A stretch of DNA of 64,000 nucleotides from an uncultured Eubacteriales bacterium (GCA_934457095.1 CAKSHJ010000009.1:2621-66620), one strand, 5' to 3'; shown: positions 31,765 through 39,057, numbered from the stretch's first letter. Notes: generated from the sequence alone by a model not told the origin. Program-made: numbers and translations.

Positions 31765-31848
31765 GGTTTTCTACCTCCAAAACAAAATTGTGCAATGCAT
31801 TTTATTTATACATATTTAAAAAATATGCAGTCGCAAAAACAAAATGCA

Positions 31849-33945
31849 TTACTTTACGCTGAATAATAATCTTCCGTATGACGGGAACGGCCAATATTTG
31901 TCGCCCACCATACCTTCGAGTTTGTCTGCAACAGAGCGCGTAGCCTCCATTTGCATGAATACAGCATTGCGATAAGCAGATGCTGTGTCCCTCACATTGG
32001 TAATCTTTTCGGCCATTTCTACATTCTCTTCCAATTTTTTGCAGTTTTGGAACAAAGCATAGGAAAGGTCAGAAAGGTCATTGAGCAGGGCTTCCTCCAG
32101 CGCGCAGCTAAAATTTGCACTCAGCTGTCGTTTTGCAACCGCAGCTTCGCTCAAATCCTTTATGTATGCGCAAACCGCCGGCAGAATATCCCGTTTAACC
32201 ATGTCAATCATGGTTAAGGCTTCTATGTGAATCTGTTTGAAGTAGTTCTCGAGGGTGATTTCATAACGAGAACGAATCTCCATTTCAGAAAGGACACCGT
32301 GTTTTTCAAAAAGCGCGATGTTTTGCGGATGAATATAGCAAGCGGCGGCTTCTGCCACCGAGGGCAAATTTAACAGCCCCCGTCTTTGCGCCTCCTCCAC
32401 CCATTCCGCAGAGTAATTGTTGCCGTTGAAAATGATGCGTTTGTGGTTCCGAATGGTGGTGCGAATCAACCGGCTCAAAGCCGCCTGAAAGTCAATTGCT
32501 TGCTCCAACTCGTCTGCAAATTCGCACAGAATGTCTCCGATTGCCGTGTTGAGCATAAAATTGGTACAGGCAATGGAGGCCGAGGAACCCAGCATACGAA
32601 ACTCAAACTTATTGCCGGTAAAGGCAAAGGGTGAGGTTCGGTTGCGGTCTGTGGTATCCTTTGCAAAAGAGGGCAAACCGTCTACGCCAACTTCCATATA
32701 CGAGGTTTTTTGCGCATGGTATACGCGGCCGTCCTCAATACATTGCAGAATTTCCGTCAATTCATCTCCCAAAAAAATGGAGATGATAGCAGGCGGCGCC
32801 TCATTGGAACCCAAACGGTGGTCGTTTCCGGCAGAAGCCGCAGAGAGCCGCAGCAAATCCTGATGCCGGTCAACGGCCTTAATGATTGCTACCAGAAATA
32901 GCAAAAATTGCGCGTTATCTCTGGGAGAATCGCCCGGCTCTAATAAATTTACGCCGGTATCGGTCGCCATAGACCAGTTGTTGTGCTTGCCGCTACCGTT
33001 TACGCCCTTAAAGGGCTTTTCATGCAGCAGGCAGGCAAGGTTGTGCTTAGCCGCAACGCGCTTCATAACCTCCATAATCAGTTGGTTATGGTCGGTTGCA
33101 ACATTGCTGGTTGTGAAAAGCGGAGCCATTTCGTGTTGACCCGGTGCGGCTTCATTGTGCTTTGTTTTAGATGGAATCCCAAGCTTCCACAGTTCCTCGT
33201 CCAGGTCTTTCATATAAGCCGAGATTCTTGGCTTGATGACGCCGAAATAATGGTCTTCAAGCTCCTGACCCTTGGGCGGTCTTGCGCCCAACAGAGTTCT
33301 GCCGGTATACAAAAGGTCCTTGCGTTGGTTGTAAAGCGCCTTATCAATCAAAAAATACTCCTGTTCGGCGCCCACTGTGGTTCGCACATGTTTTGCGTTG
33401 TGTGGGTTACCAAATAGCTTTAAAATACGCATAGCGTGTTTATCCACAACATCCATAGAGCGCAAAAGCGGTGTTTTTTTGTCCAGAGCCTCCCCGCCGT
33501 AGGAGCAGAAAGCGGTGGGAATACACAAAGAGCCATCTTTGATAAATGCATTGGAGGTTGGGTCCCATGCGGTATAGCCGCGAGCCTCAAAGGTGGCGCG
33601 CAAGCCGCCCGAGGGAAAACTGGAAGCATCCGGCTCACCTTTAATCAGCTCTTTTCCGGAAAATTCCATAATGACCTTGCTGTCATCCACGGGGGTTAAA
33701 AAGCTGTCATGCTTTTCCGCGGTAATGCCCGTCATGGGTTGAAACCAGTGGGTATAATGCGTAGCGCCATGTTCCAGCGCCCAGTTTTTCATAGCGTTGG
33801 CAACAGAATTTGCCACATGAATTTCCAGTGGCAGCCCATCCTCACGGGTCTTTTTCAAAGATTTATAAATCTCTTTGGGTAATCTGGCGCGCATAATGTC
33901 TTCGTTGAACACCAGTGTGCCGAACAGCTCGGGAACTTTGCACAT
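31849..33945 (-). CDS. glnA: type III glutamine synthetase
   Basis: ~698 aa. GSIII-type N-terminus (ELFGTLVFNEDIMRARLPKEIY) and catalytic region (NGSGKHNNWS). Start set at ATG 33945 behind GAGGTGA; the tracked ORF extends to 34035. Confidence 0.88.
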   Translation of the reverse strand: MCKVPELFGTLVFNEDIMRARLPKEIYKSLKKTREDGLPLEIHVANSVANAMKNWALEHGATHYTHWFQPMTGITAEKHDSFLTPVDDSKVIMEFSGKELIKGEPDASSFPSGGLRATFEARGYTAWDPTSNAFIKDGSLCIPTAFCSYGGEALDKKTPLLRSMDVVDKHAMRILKLFGNPHNAKHVRTTVGAEQEYFLIDKALYNQRKDLLYTGRTLLGARPPKGQELEDHYFGVIKPRISAYMKDLDEELWKLGIPSKTKHNEAAPGQHEMAPLFTTSNVATDHNQLIMEVMKRVAAKHNLACLLHEKPFKGVNGSGKHNNWSMATDTGVNLLEPGDSPRDNAQFLLFLVAIIKAVDRHQDLLRLSAASAGNDHRLGSNEAPPAIISIFLGDELTEILQCIEDGRVYHAQKTSYMEVGVDGLPSFAKDTTDRNRTSPFAFTGNKFEFRMLGSSASIACTNFMLNTAIGDILCEFADELEQAIDFQAALSRLIRTTIRNHKRIIFNGNNYSAEWVEEAQRRGLLNLPSVAEAAACYIHPQNIALFEKHGVLSEMEIRSRYEITLENYFKQIHIEALTMIDMVKRDILPAVCAYIKDLSEAAVAKRQLSANFSCALEEALLNDLSDLSYALFQNCKKLEENVEMAEKITNVRDTASAYRNAVFMQMEATRSVADKLEGMVGDKYWPFPSYGRLLFSVK

Positions 33946-34318
33946 AGATTTCACCTCGTCCATAAGAGTCAAGGAATAACTCCGTTCACATCCTTTCGCT
34001 AAATTTGGATAGTTATAACCAAAAAAGAGCACCATAGCATTTTTTCTACTACAGAACTCTTACTTTGCTTATGAACATTATTATAAGATACACAAAGCAG
34101 AAAGTCAATGCTTTGCCTATACTTTGCCGAATTTGACCGTGATACAAAATAATGTATTATTTTAAGTAAAAAGCACCAAATTTGGAGAAAAGACAAGATG
34201 GGTAAAAGTGTATTTATGCAAAAAATAATGTGAAAATTTTCGATATAAACAACACATTGCAATTAATTTGCGGTAAAATAACACGAACTGCCATTACAGA
34301 AACGGAGGAAAAAGAAGA

Positions 34319-35347
34319 ATGTTTGCAAAACGGTTGGTGGTTGCGGCGGTGGTATGGCTTTTATGCGCGGTGCCGGGAATGTCGGTATTTGCGCAGGAGA
34401 TGCAGGCGGATTTTACATTTTCAGCTTCTGCCGAAACGGTACAGGAAGGCGATGAGATACGGGTTGCGGTAACGGCCGAGGAATTTGCGGATACAATGGT
34501 GATTGCCGGGTTTCGTTTGCGCGCGGAATATGATGCCTCCAAGCTGACGCTCAAGCGGGTGGATACTTCTTCACAAATGCAAAGCGGTACATTTCGTTAC
34601 CATACAAGCGGGGACGGTATGACGGGTATTTATGTATGCGACGGCGCCTTTGCCCCGCAATTGACCGGGGAGTGCTTGACCTTGGTGTTTCGGGTCAATC
34701 AGGAGCCGGTATTCGGAGAAACATCGGTTTCCGTTAAAATGGATCAGCTTGTAGACTGGAACGCAGTGCAATTACCGTCAACTTTTGGCAGTACGGTTGT
34801 TTTCTGCATCGCACCTGAATTTGCCAGAGAGGCGGTGCTAACCAAATTGATACCTGATCAAGGTGTTTTAGAGCCTATGTTTGATGCGGATATACAGGAG
34901 TATTCCATGCAGGTGGGCGCAGAGGTAACGGAAATTTTGTTTGACATGGAGGCGGCTGACGGTGCAACAGCAAGAGTTAACCGCAAAAACTTGGAAAAAC
35001 AGGGTTCAGTGACCCAATTTATCATTACAGTTACCTCGGCCGACAGAAAAAATAAAAGCAAATACACGGTCAATGTAACAAGAGGTGAAAAGGTTGCAGT
35101 CGGCACCGATACCAGTACGACCAAGAGCAAAACGACAAGCAGCAAAACGGAAAATGAAGCGCAGACTGAGGACGTAAATAGGGCGGTGTATTACGGCGAT
35201 CGCAATTTATATATGATAGGAGACCAGATGCCATCCTACTTGATTTATATGATTGTAGGAGGAGCGAGTTTGCTGACGGCGGTTATCGTAGGATTGGTAG
35301 TGGTGTTGATGCACAAAAAAGGTAAGTTCCGCAGCGATTTGCATTAG
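34319..35347 (+). CDS. cell-surface protein with a cohesin-like domain, a cadherin-like beta-sandwich domain and a C-terminal TM anchor
   Basis: Signal peptide, a repeat-type Ig-like region (LTKLIPDQGVLEPMFDADIQEYSMQV...YTVNVTR), a Thr/Ser/Lys linker and a C-terminal TM helix. Confidence 0.6.
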   Translation: MFAKRLVVAAVVWLLCAVPGMSVFAQEMQADFTFSASAETVQEGDEIRVAVTAEEFADTMVIAGFRLRAEYDASKLTLKRVDTSSQMQSGTFRYHTSGDGMTGIYVCDGAFAPQLTGECLTLVFRVNQEPVFGETSVSVKMDQLVDWNAVQLPSTFGSTVVFCIAPEFAREAVLTKLIPDQGVLEPMFDADIQEYSMQVGAEVTEILFDMEAADGATARVNRKNLEKQGSVTQFIITVTSADRKNKSKYTVNVTRGEKVAVGTDTSTTKSKTTSSKTENEAQTEDVNRAVYYGDRNLYMIGDQMPSYLIYMIVGGASLLTAVIVGLVVVLMHKKGKFRSDLH

Positions 35348-35409
35348 CGGTATAGAAAAAACTGTCGGATATTGCCCGGCAATTTTTTGAAGAATACGAG
35401 AAAATGCTA

Positions 35410-35438
35410 TTGACTTATACAACTGCCTGCGGTATAAT
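35410..35438 (+). promoter_or_regulatory. promoter of tRNA-fMet
   Basis: TTGACT (35410-35415), 17-nt spacer, TATAAT (35433-35438). Confidence 0.65.
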
Positions 35439-35470
35439 AATAATTGCGCAATCCGCTAATGTATTATTAT

Positions 35471-35547
<77 letters not shown>

Positions 35548-36116
35548 CACACATGATAAGTTCGGAATTTGAACTTATCATAGAGAAAAGCTAACAAGCC
35601 TTGTGTTTGCGGGCTTTTCTCTATGATATGCAGCTCGGTTGCAGCACTGCTGTGGTAAGCATTCCCTCTTACCGGGGATTAGACATCGTCTGGCGCGCTT
35701 TGTCCGGCGCAGTGCAGGGTATCAATTTGCACCTGTTGGCTCGGAGAGCTGCCGCTACTATGCTGCAACCGCTATGGTATAAGTCTGCACAAGTATTCAA
35801 AGTGCAATTTGAATATTTGTCTTGGCTTATATTGTCAAGGTACTTGAGGGTAAAACAAGAATTCGCACCTCCCGAAAGAAGTGCGAATTCCCTATAAAGA
35901 CTTGAATAATATCTCAAAGTGTGATACAATCACACCCATGAGGCATTGATCAGTCGGAGAGTACTGTCTTACTTCTTCCGGCGCAAGCCTTATAGGAATT
36001 GGAGTTCCTATAAGGCTATCGGTGCTTTCTTTTGTTTTACCTAAGTTGATTGTATACTATTTGTTTGCTTTTTGCAAGTAAAATTTTACATTTTTTTAAA
36101 AAATTTTTTAGAGTAG

Positions 36117-36132
36117 TGGGACGTACGTCCCA
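36117..36132. repeat. palindrome copy 1 (TGGGACGTACGTCCCA)
   Basis: Perfect 16-bp palindrome overlapping the -35/spacer region of the toxin-1 promoter. Confidence 0.9.
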
Positions 36133-36137
36133 GGTCG

Positions 36138-36146
36138 TGGTATAAT
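36138..36146 (+). promoter_or_regulatory. extended -10 promoter of small ORF 1
   Basis: TGgTATAAT located 48 nt upstream of the small-ORF start codon. Confidence 0.5.
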
Positions 36147-36193
36147 AGGCATGCTGCCTACCCAATCCGTCAGCGGAGAGGGGGTGAAAACCG

Positions 36194-36277
36194 ATGTCAC
36201 AATACATAGTTTTACTCAATGCTATCCTGACAGGTGTATTTATACATCTAATTTGTCAATGGATAGACAGGAAGTAG
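36194..36277 (+). CDS. candidate type I toxin peptide 1 (27 aa, MSQYIVLLNAILTGVFIHLICQWIDRK)
   Basis: Below the ORF-track cutoff; found by hand. Strong SD GGAGAGGGGGTGA (36174-36186). The peptide has a hydrophobic helix plus a short charged tail, and is followed by a 12-bp-stem hairpin and a convergent promoter. Confidence 0.5.
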   Translation: MSQYIVLLNAILTGVFIHLICQWIDRK

Positions 36278-36287
36278 CTTAGGCAGC

Positions 36288-36358
36288 AATCAAAGAACCC
36301 CCGGAGTTCACACCTCCGGGGGTTCGCTTGTGTTCCAATGTCACACATAGTTTTACTA
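36288..36358 (-). ncRNA. candidate antitoxin sRNA 1 (convergent antisense transcript)
   Basis: Minus-strand promoter TTGCAA (36387-36392), 16-nt spacer, TATAAT (36365-36370). The predicted RNA starts with the complement of ATGTCACACATAGTTTTACT, a near-copy of the toxin start region, and ends at the shared hairpin. Ends are inferred. Confidence 0.45.
36295..36325. terminator. bidirectional hairpin shared by small ORF 1 and its antisense RNA
   Basis: GAACCCCCGGAG / CTCCGGGGGTTC, a perfect 12-bp stem with a 7-nt loop. U-rich sequence follows on both strands. Confidence 0.6.
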
Positions 36359-36363
36359 ATTTC

Positions 36364-36438
36364 TATTATACACGAAAATTTGTTTTTTGCAAGTATTTTT
36401 GAAATAAATTTTGGTGCAGTTTGGGACGTACGTCCCAA
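36364..36438. repeat. 75-bp cassette copy A (antisense promoter plus palindrome)
   Basis: Identical at 74/75 positions to 36709-36783 by hand alignment. Confidence 0.85.
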
Positions 36439-36439
36439 A
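36420..36439. repeat. palindrome copy 2 (TTTGGGACGTACGTCCCAAA)
   Basis: Perfect 20-bp palindrome. Confidence 0.9.
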
Positions 36440-36459
36440 AGAGATTGTTTTGCCGAAAA

Positions 36460-36488
36460 TTGTCGAACGATTTTATTTGTGGTATAAT
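36460..36488 (+). promoter_or_regulatory. promoter of small ORF 2
   Basis: TTGTCG (36460-36465), 17-nt spacer, TGg-TATAAT (36480-36488). Confidence 0.5.
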
Positions 36489-36530
36489 GGTTGAGCTGTC
36501 GACTCTTTCCAGCAGGAAGGAGGTGCCTGC

Positions 36531-36617
36531 GTGGAACTTAAAACAACTTTCTTTATTTCTGTCATGGCAAATGTAACTTCATATTACATATGCAAACGGT
36601 TGGACGGAAGTAAATAG
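36531..36617 (+). CDS. candidate type I toxin peptide 2 (28 aa, (M)ELKTTFFISVMANVTSYYICKRLDGSK)
   Basis: Found by hand. GTG start lies 5 nt after GGAAGGAGGTG. The C-terminal pattern Y-I-C-K-R-L-D resembles H-L-I-C-Q-W-I-D of peptide 1, and the downstream architecture is the same. Confidence 0.5.
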   Translation: MELKTTFFISVMANVTSYYICKRLDGSK

Positions 36618-36631
36618 CGACAGCTCAACCA

Positions 36632-36703
36632 AAAAAGAAAGCCCGGGGAACTGCAATTCCTCGGGCTTTCGCTTATGCCTGCATGGATATATAACAACTT
36701 TCT
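36632..36703 (-). ncRNA. candidate antitoxin sRNA 2
   Basis: Minus-strand TTGCAA (36732-36737), 16-nt spacer, TATAAT (36710-36715). The predicted RNA carries the complement of TGCCTGCATGGATATATAACAACTTTCT, a diverged copy of the toxin-2 SD/start region 36523-36559, and ends at the hairpin plus U6. Ends are inferred. Confidence 0.45.
36637..36670. terminator. bidirectional hairpin shared by small ORF 2 and its antisense RNA
   Basis: 14-bp stem GAAAGCCCGGGGAA / TTCCTCGGGCTTTC. The preceding A6 gives a U6 tail on the minus strand. Confidence 0.65.
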
Positions 36704-36708
36704 ATTTG

Positions 36709-36783
36709 TATTATACACGAAAATTTGTTTTTTGCAAGTGTTTTTGAAATAAATTTTGGTGCAGTTTGGGACGTACGTCCCAA
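36709..36783. repeat. 75-bp cassette copy B
   Basis: See copy A. Confidence 0.85.
36766..36783. repeat. palindrome copy 3 (TTGGGACGTACGTCCCAA)
   Basis: Perfect 18-bp palindrome. Confidence 0.9.
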
Positions 36784-37296
36784 CAGGAAAGAGAAAAAGA
36801 AGCAAAAAGAGAAAGCGCTGCGGCGGGATTTTAAGGGGGAGAGGAAAGCCAAAGATAAAGAGAAATGCCACCTTTCCTCTCCCCCTCGCTACGCTTCACC
36901 CCCACACCTATCCGTCATTTCTCCCTGTTTGAGAGAGAAAAAGAAAGTAATATTTTCATTGTTTTTACATAAATAACAAAAAATGGAAACAATACTTTGA
37001 CTTACAAAGAAAAAAGGGATTCTGCGTAAAAATCAAACATTCATTTCATCCATAAAAATACCAATTAAGCGGTCAATTTCATCTTGATTTTTTACGTAAC
37101 TTATACTTTTTTCTTCTTTGCCAGTAAAAATGATATTAGACTTATTCGTTATGGGTGTCATTTTTGGTAGAGGGTGGGTGTCATTTACAGTATTGTTGAT
37201 CAGTTAGATACCACCAAACGGTTTATGTAGCACAAGGTTACAAGAGTAAATCGTCCTGTGGACCCGGCATCAAATAAACATACTAGGGGTATCATC

Positions 37297-37806
37297 ATGA
37301 TTTGCGTGGGAATTGACGTTGCCAAGGACAAGCACGACTGCGTCATCCTCAGCTCGGAAGGCGAAGTCCTGGCAGATGTATTCGCCATCCAAAACAACGC
37401 AGAGGGCTCTGACACGCTGCTGCAAACCGACCTCTACCGGAAAGGCTGGTTTCGACCCTTCACACGGCATCCGTTTACGCACTTCCCGGCGAGTTCCCCG
37501 GAGTTAAAAGCGCACTTAACACATTTGAAAACGCTCTTAAATGACGTCTCCAAAGGCCGCTATGGGAGAGATATGGCAACAACACTTCGAGATGCCGCCA
37601 GATGTTCCGTCGGCTCTGTTATGCCGGCCAAGTCTCTGGAACTGCGGCATACGATCCACTTAATTCACGGACTGGACACCGAAATTGAGGTCGCTATCCA
37701 GTCCATGATGGAGGAAATACAGTCTCCCATTACGACGATTCCGGGCATTAGCGTTCGTATGTTGGTTCGGCTGATTTATGCTTTGGAGAAGAATACAGCC
37801 GCATAA
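37297..37806 (+). pseudogene. IS110-family transposase remnant (internally deleted and C-terminally truncated)
   Basis: The N-terminus MICVGIDVAKDKHDCVILSSEGEVLADVFAIQNNAEG matches the DEDD/RuvC-like IS110 domain. It jumps directly into ...KGRYGRDMATTLRDAARCSVGSVMPAKSLELRHTIHLI...SPITTIPGIS of the C-terminal domain. It is only ~170 aa against ~400 expected. Confidence 0.75.
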
Positions 37807-37941
37807 CAACTTTTCTCTCATATGCTTAGCTGGGTGTCCGATTGGACGTCTGCTTTGCGATACCCTTTTTGAACCGCCTACTTTTTGGCCATTCTTCGTA
37901 TTTTAGGCTTGACTTTTAATAATTAGTCTTTCTTTTTTGCT

Positions 37942-37954
37942 GGGACGTACGTCC
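37942..37954. repeat. palindrome copy 4 (GGGACGTACGTCC, 13 of 14)
   Basis: Followed by TGGATAAAAT, which resembles the TGGTATAAT after copy 1, and by a terminator-like hairpin ATCACAGC / GCTGTGAT. Confidence 0.8.
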
Positions 37955-38060
37955 TGGATAAAATAAAAAATCACAGCCGGAGCTGTGATTTTGCGGGTAT
38001 ATTGTCTTTTTTTGTAAAATTGTGTAATATGGGGCTATTAACTTAAAAGGGGAGAAGAAT

Positions 38061-39029
38061 ATGAAATTTACAGAAAACACTTTATTTAAGGATTATGCGG
38101 TTTTTTGGCTGGAAAACTATGTTCGTGGTTTTGTAAAGGATAACACATATATGGGTACCTATTACCGTCAAACGCACAACGCCTTAATTCCGTATTTTGG
38201 GAACATGGCAATATCAGATATAAAGTCAAGCATCATTCAGGAGTTTTTCAATATTCAAGGAAAACGATATTCTCTGGAAACCATGAAAAAGATGAGATTT
38301 TGTTTATCCAACATATTGCAAGTAGCCGTAGATGATGAAATTATTTCTAAAAACCCTCTCAATAAAAGGATTCGGCTAAAGAGCAATATTGAACCTATTG
38401 AAAAACATGTTTGGAATCGAGAGCATTTTGAATGTGCGTACCGCTTCGCTTTGCTGCACCCGCAAGGGTTGGGTCCGTTACTACTAATGGATACCGCGAT
38501 TAGTCGCAGTGAACTATTAGGGATAGAGTGGGGGAATGTGCTTTGGAGTGAGGGGTGCATAGCAATACGGAATGGTACGGTTATTGTACAAGACCCCGAA
38601 ACGAAAAAACATTACCTTTTGACCGATGGATTAAAAAATAAATATCGTATGCGTAATATTCCGTTGTCAAAAGATGTTTATAATTGTTTAAAGTTACACT
38701 ATCAGCGCATTTTATTTTTAGGGCAGCATAAAGGATTGACCCAGAATCAAATCAATAAGCAATTTGTGATTTCAAATCAAAAAGGGGGAGCGATGGATCC
38801 AAATAATTGGGCAAAAAGAAATTTTAGACGCTTTATGAATGATTTAACATCTCAATATCCAGAGATACCGGTTTTAACTCCACATGAATTAAGGCACACT
38901 AGAGCTACGCTATGGTGGGAGGAAAAAGTAGACCTTTTATCTCTTGGTATGGTTGGTGGTTGGAGAAACCTTAGAATGTTGCGTGAAAGATATGCGCATA
39001 GTAATATTGACCATTTGAAAAAACTTTGA
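38061..39029 (+). CDS. tyrosine-type site-specific integrase
   Basis: 322 aa. N-terminal SAM-like core-binding domain and C-terminal catalytic residues (R...HELRHTRAT...LRERYAH). Own promoter TTGTCT-N17-TAATAT (38002-38030) and RBS AAAGGGGAG. Confidence 0.85.
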   Translation: MKFTENTLFKDYAVFWLENYVRGFVKDNTYMGTYYRQTHNALIPYFGNMAISDIKSSIIQEFFNIQGKRYSLETMKKMRFCLSNILQVAVDDEIISKNPLNKRIRLKSNIEPIEKHVWNREHFECAYRFALLHPQGLGPLLLMDTAISRSELLGIEWGNVLWSEGCIAIRNGTVIVQDPETKKHYLLTDGLKNKYRMRNIPLSKDVYNCLKLHYQRILFLGQHKGLTQNQINKQFVISNQKGGAMDPNNWAKRNFRRFMNDLTSQYPEIPVLTPHELRHTRATLWWEEKVDLLSLGMVGGWRNLRMLRERYAHSNIDHLKKL

Positions 39030-39057
39030 ACAGATAAAGGTTCAGTGTTTATTCTTT

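Noticed and set aside
35601-35929. Two mutually overlapping ORFs (98 aa plus strand, 86 aa minus strand) after tRNA-fMet
   Set aside because: They have no RBS and improbable composition, and the region is dominated by hairpins and promoter-like boxes. It is treated as non-coding.
36584-36976. ORFs of 95 aa (minus) and 83 aa (plus) across cassette B and the purine-rich tract
   Set aside because: They run through a terminator hairpin, a promoter and the palindrome. The Lys/Glu/Pro-rich translations are a product of the AG-rich tract.
37033-37161. 42-codon minus-strand ORF (MTPITNKSNIIFTGKEEKSISYVKNQDEIDRLIGIFMDEMNV)
   Set aside because: It has no SD and its start lies within a duplicated 11-mer. 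It may be a relic of a larger gene, but evidence is insufficient to call it a CDS.
36040-37960. Possible CRISPR array, given a repeated ~16-75 bp unit
   Set aside because: There are only 3-4 copies with irregular spacing (about 300, 345 and 1175 bp). The repeats carry promoters and the intervening DNA carries SD-led small ORFs and terminators. No cas genes are present.
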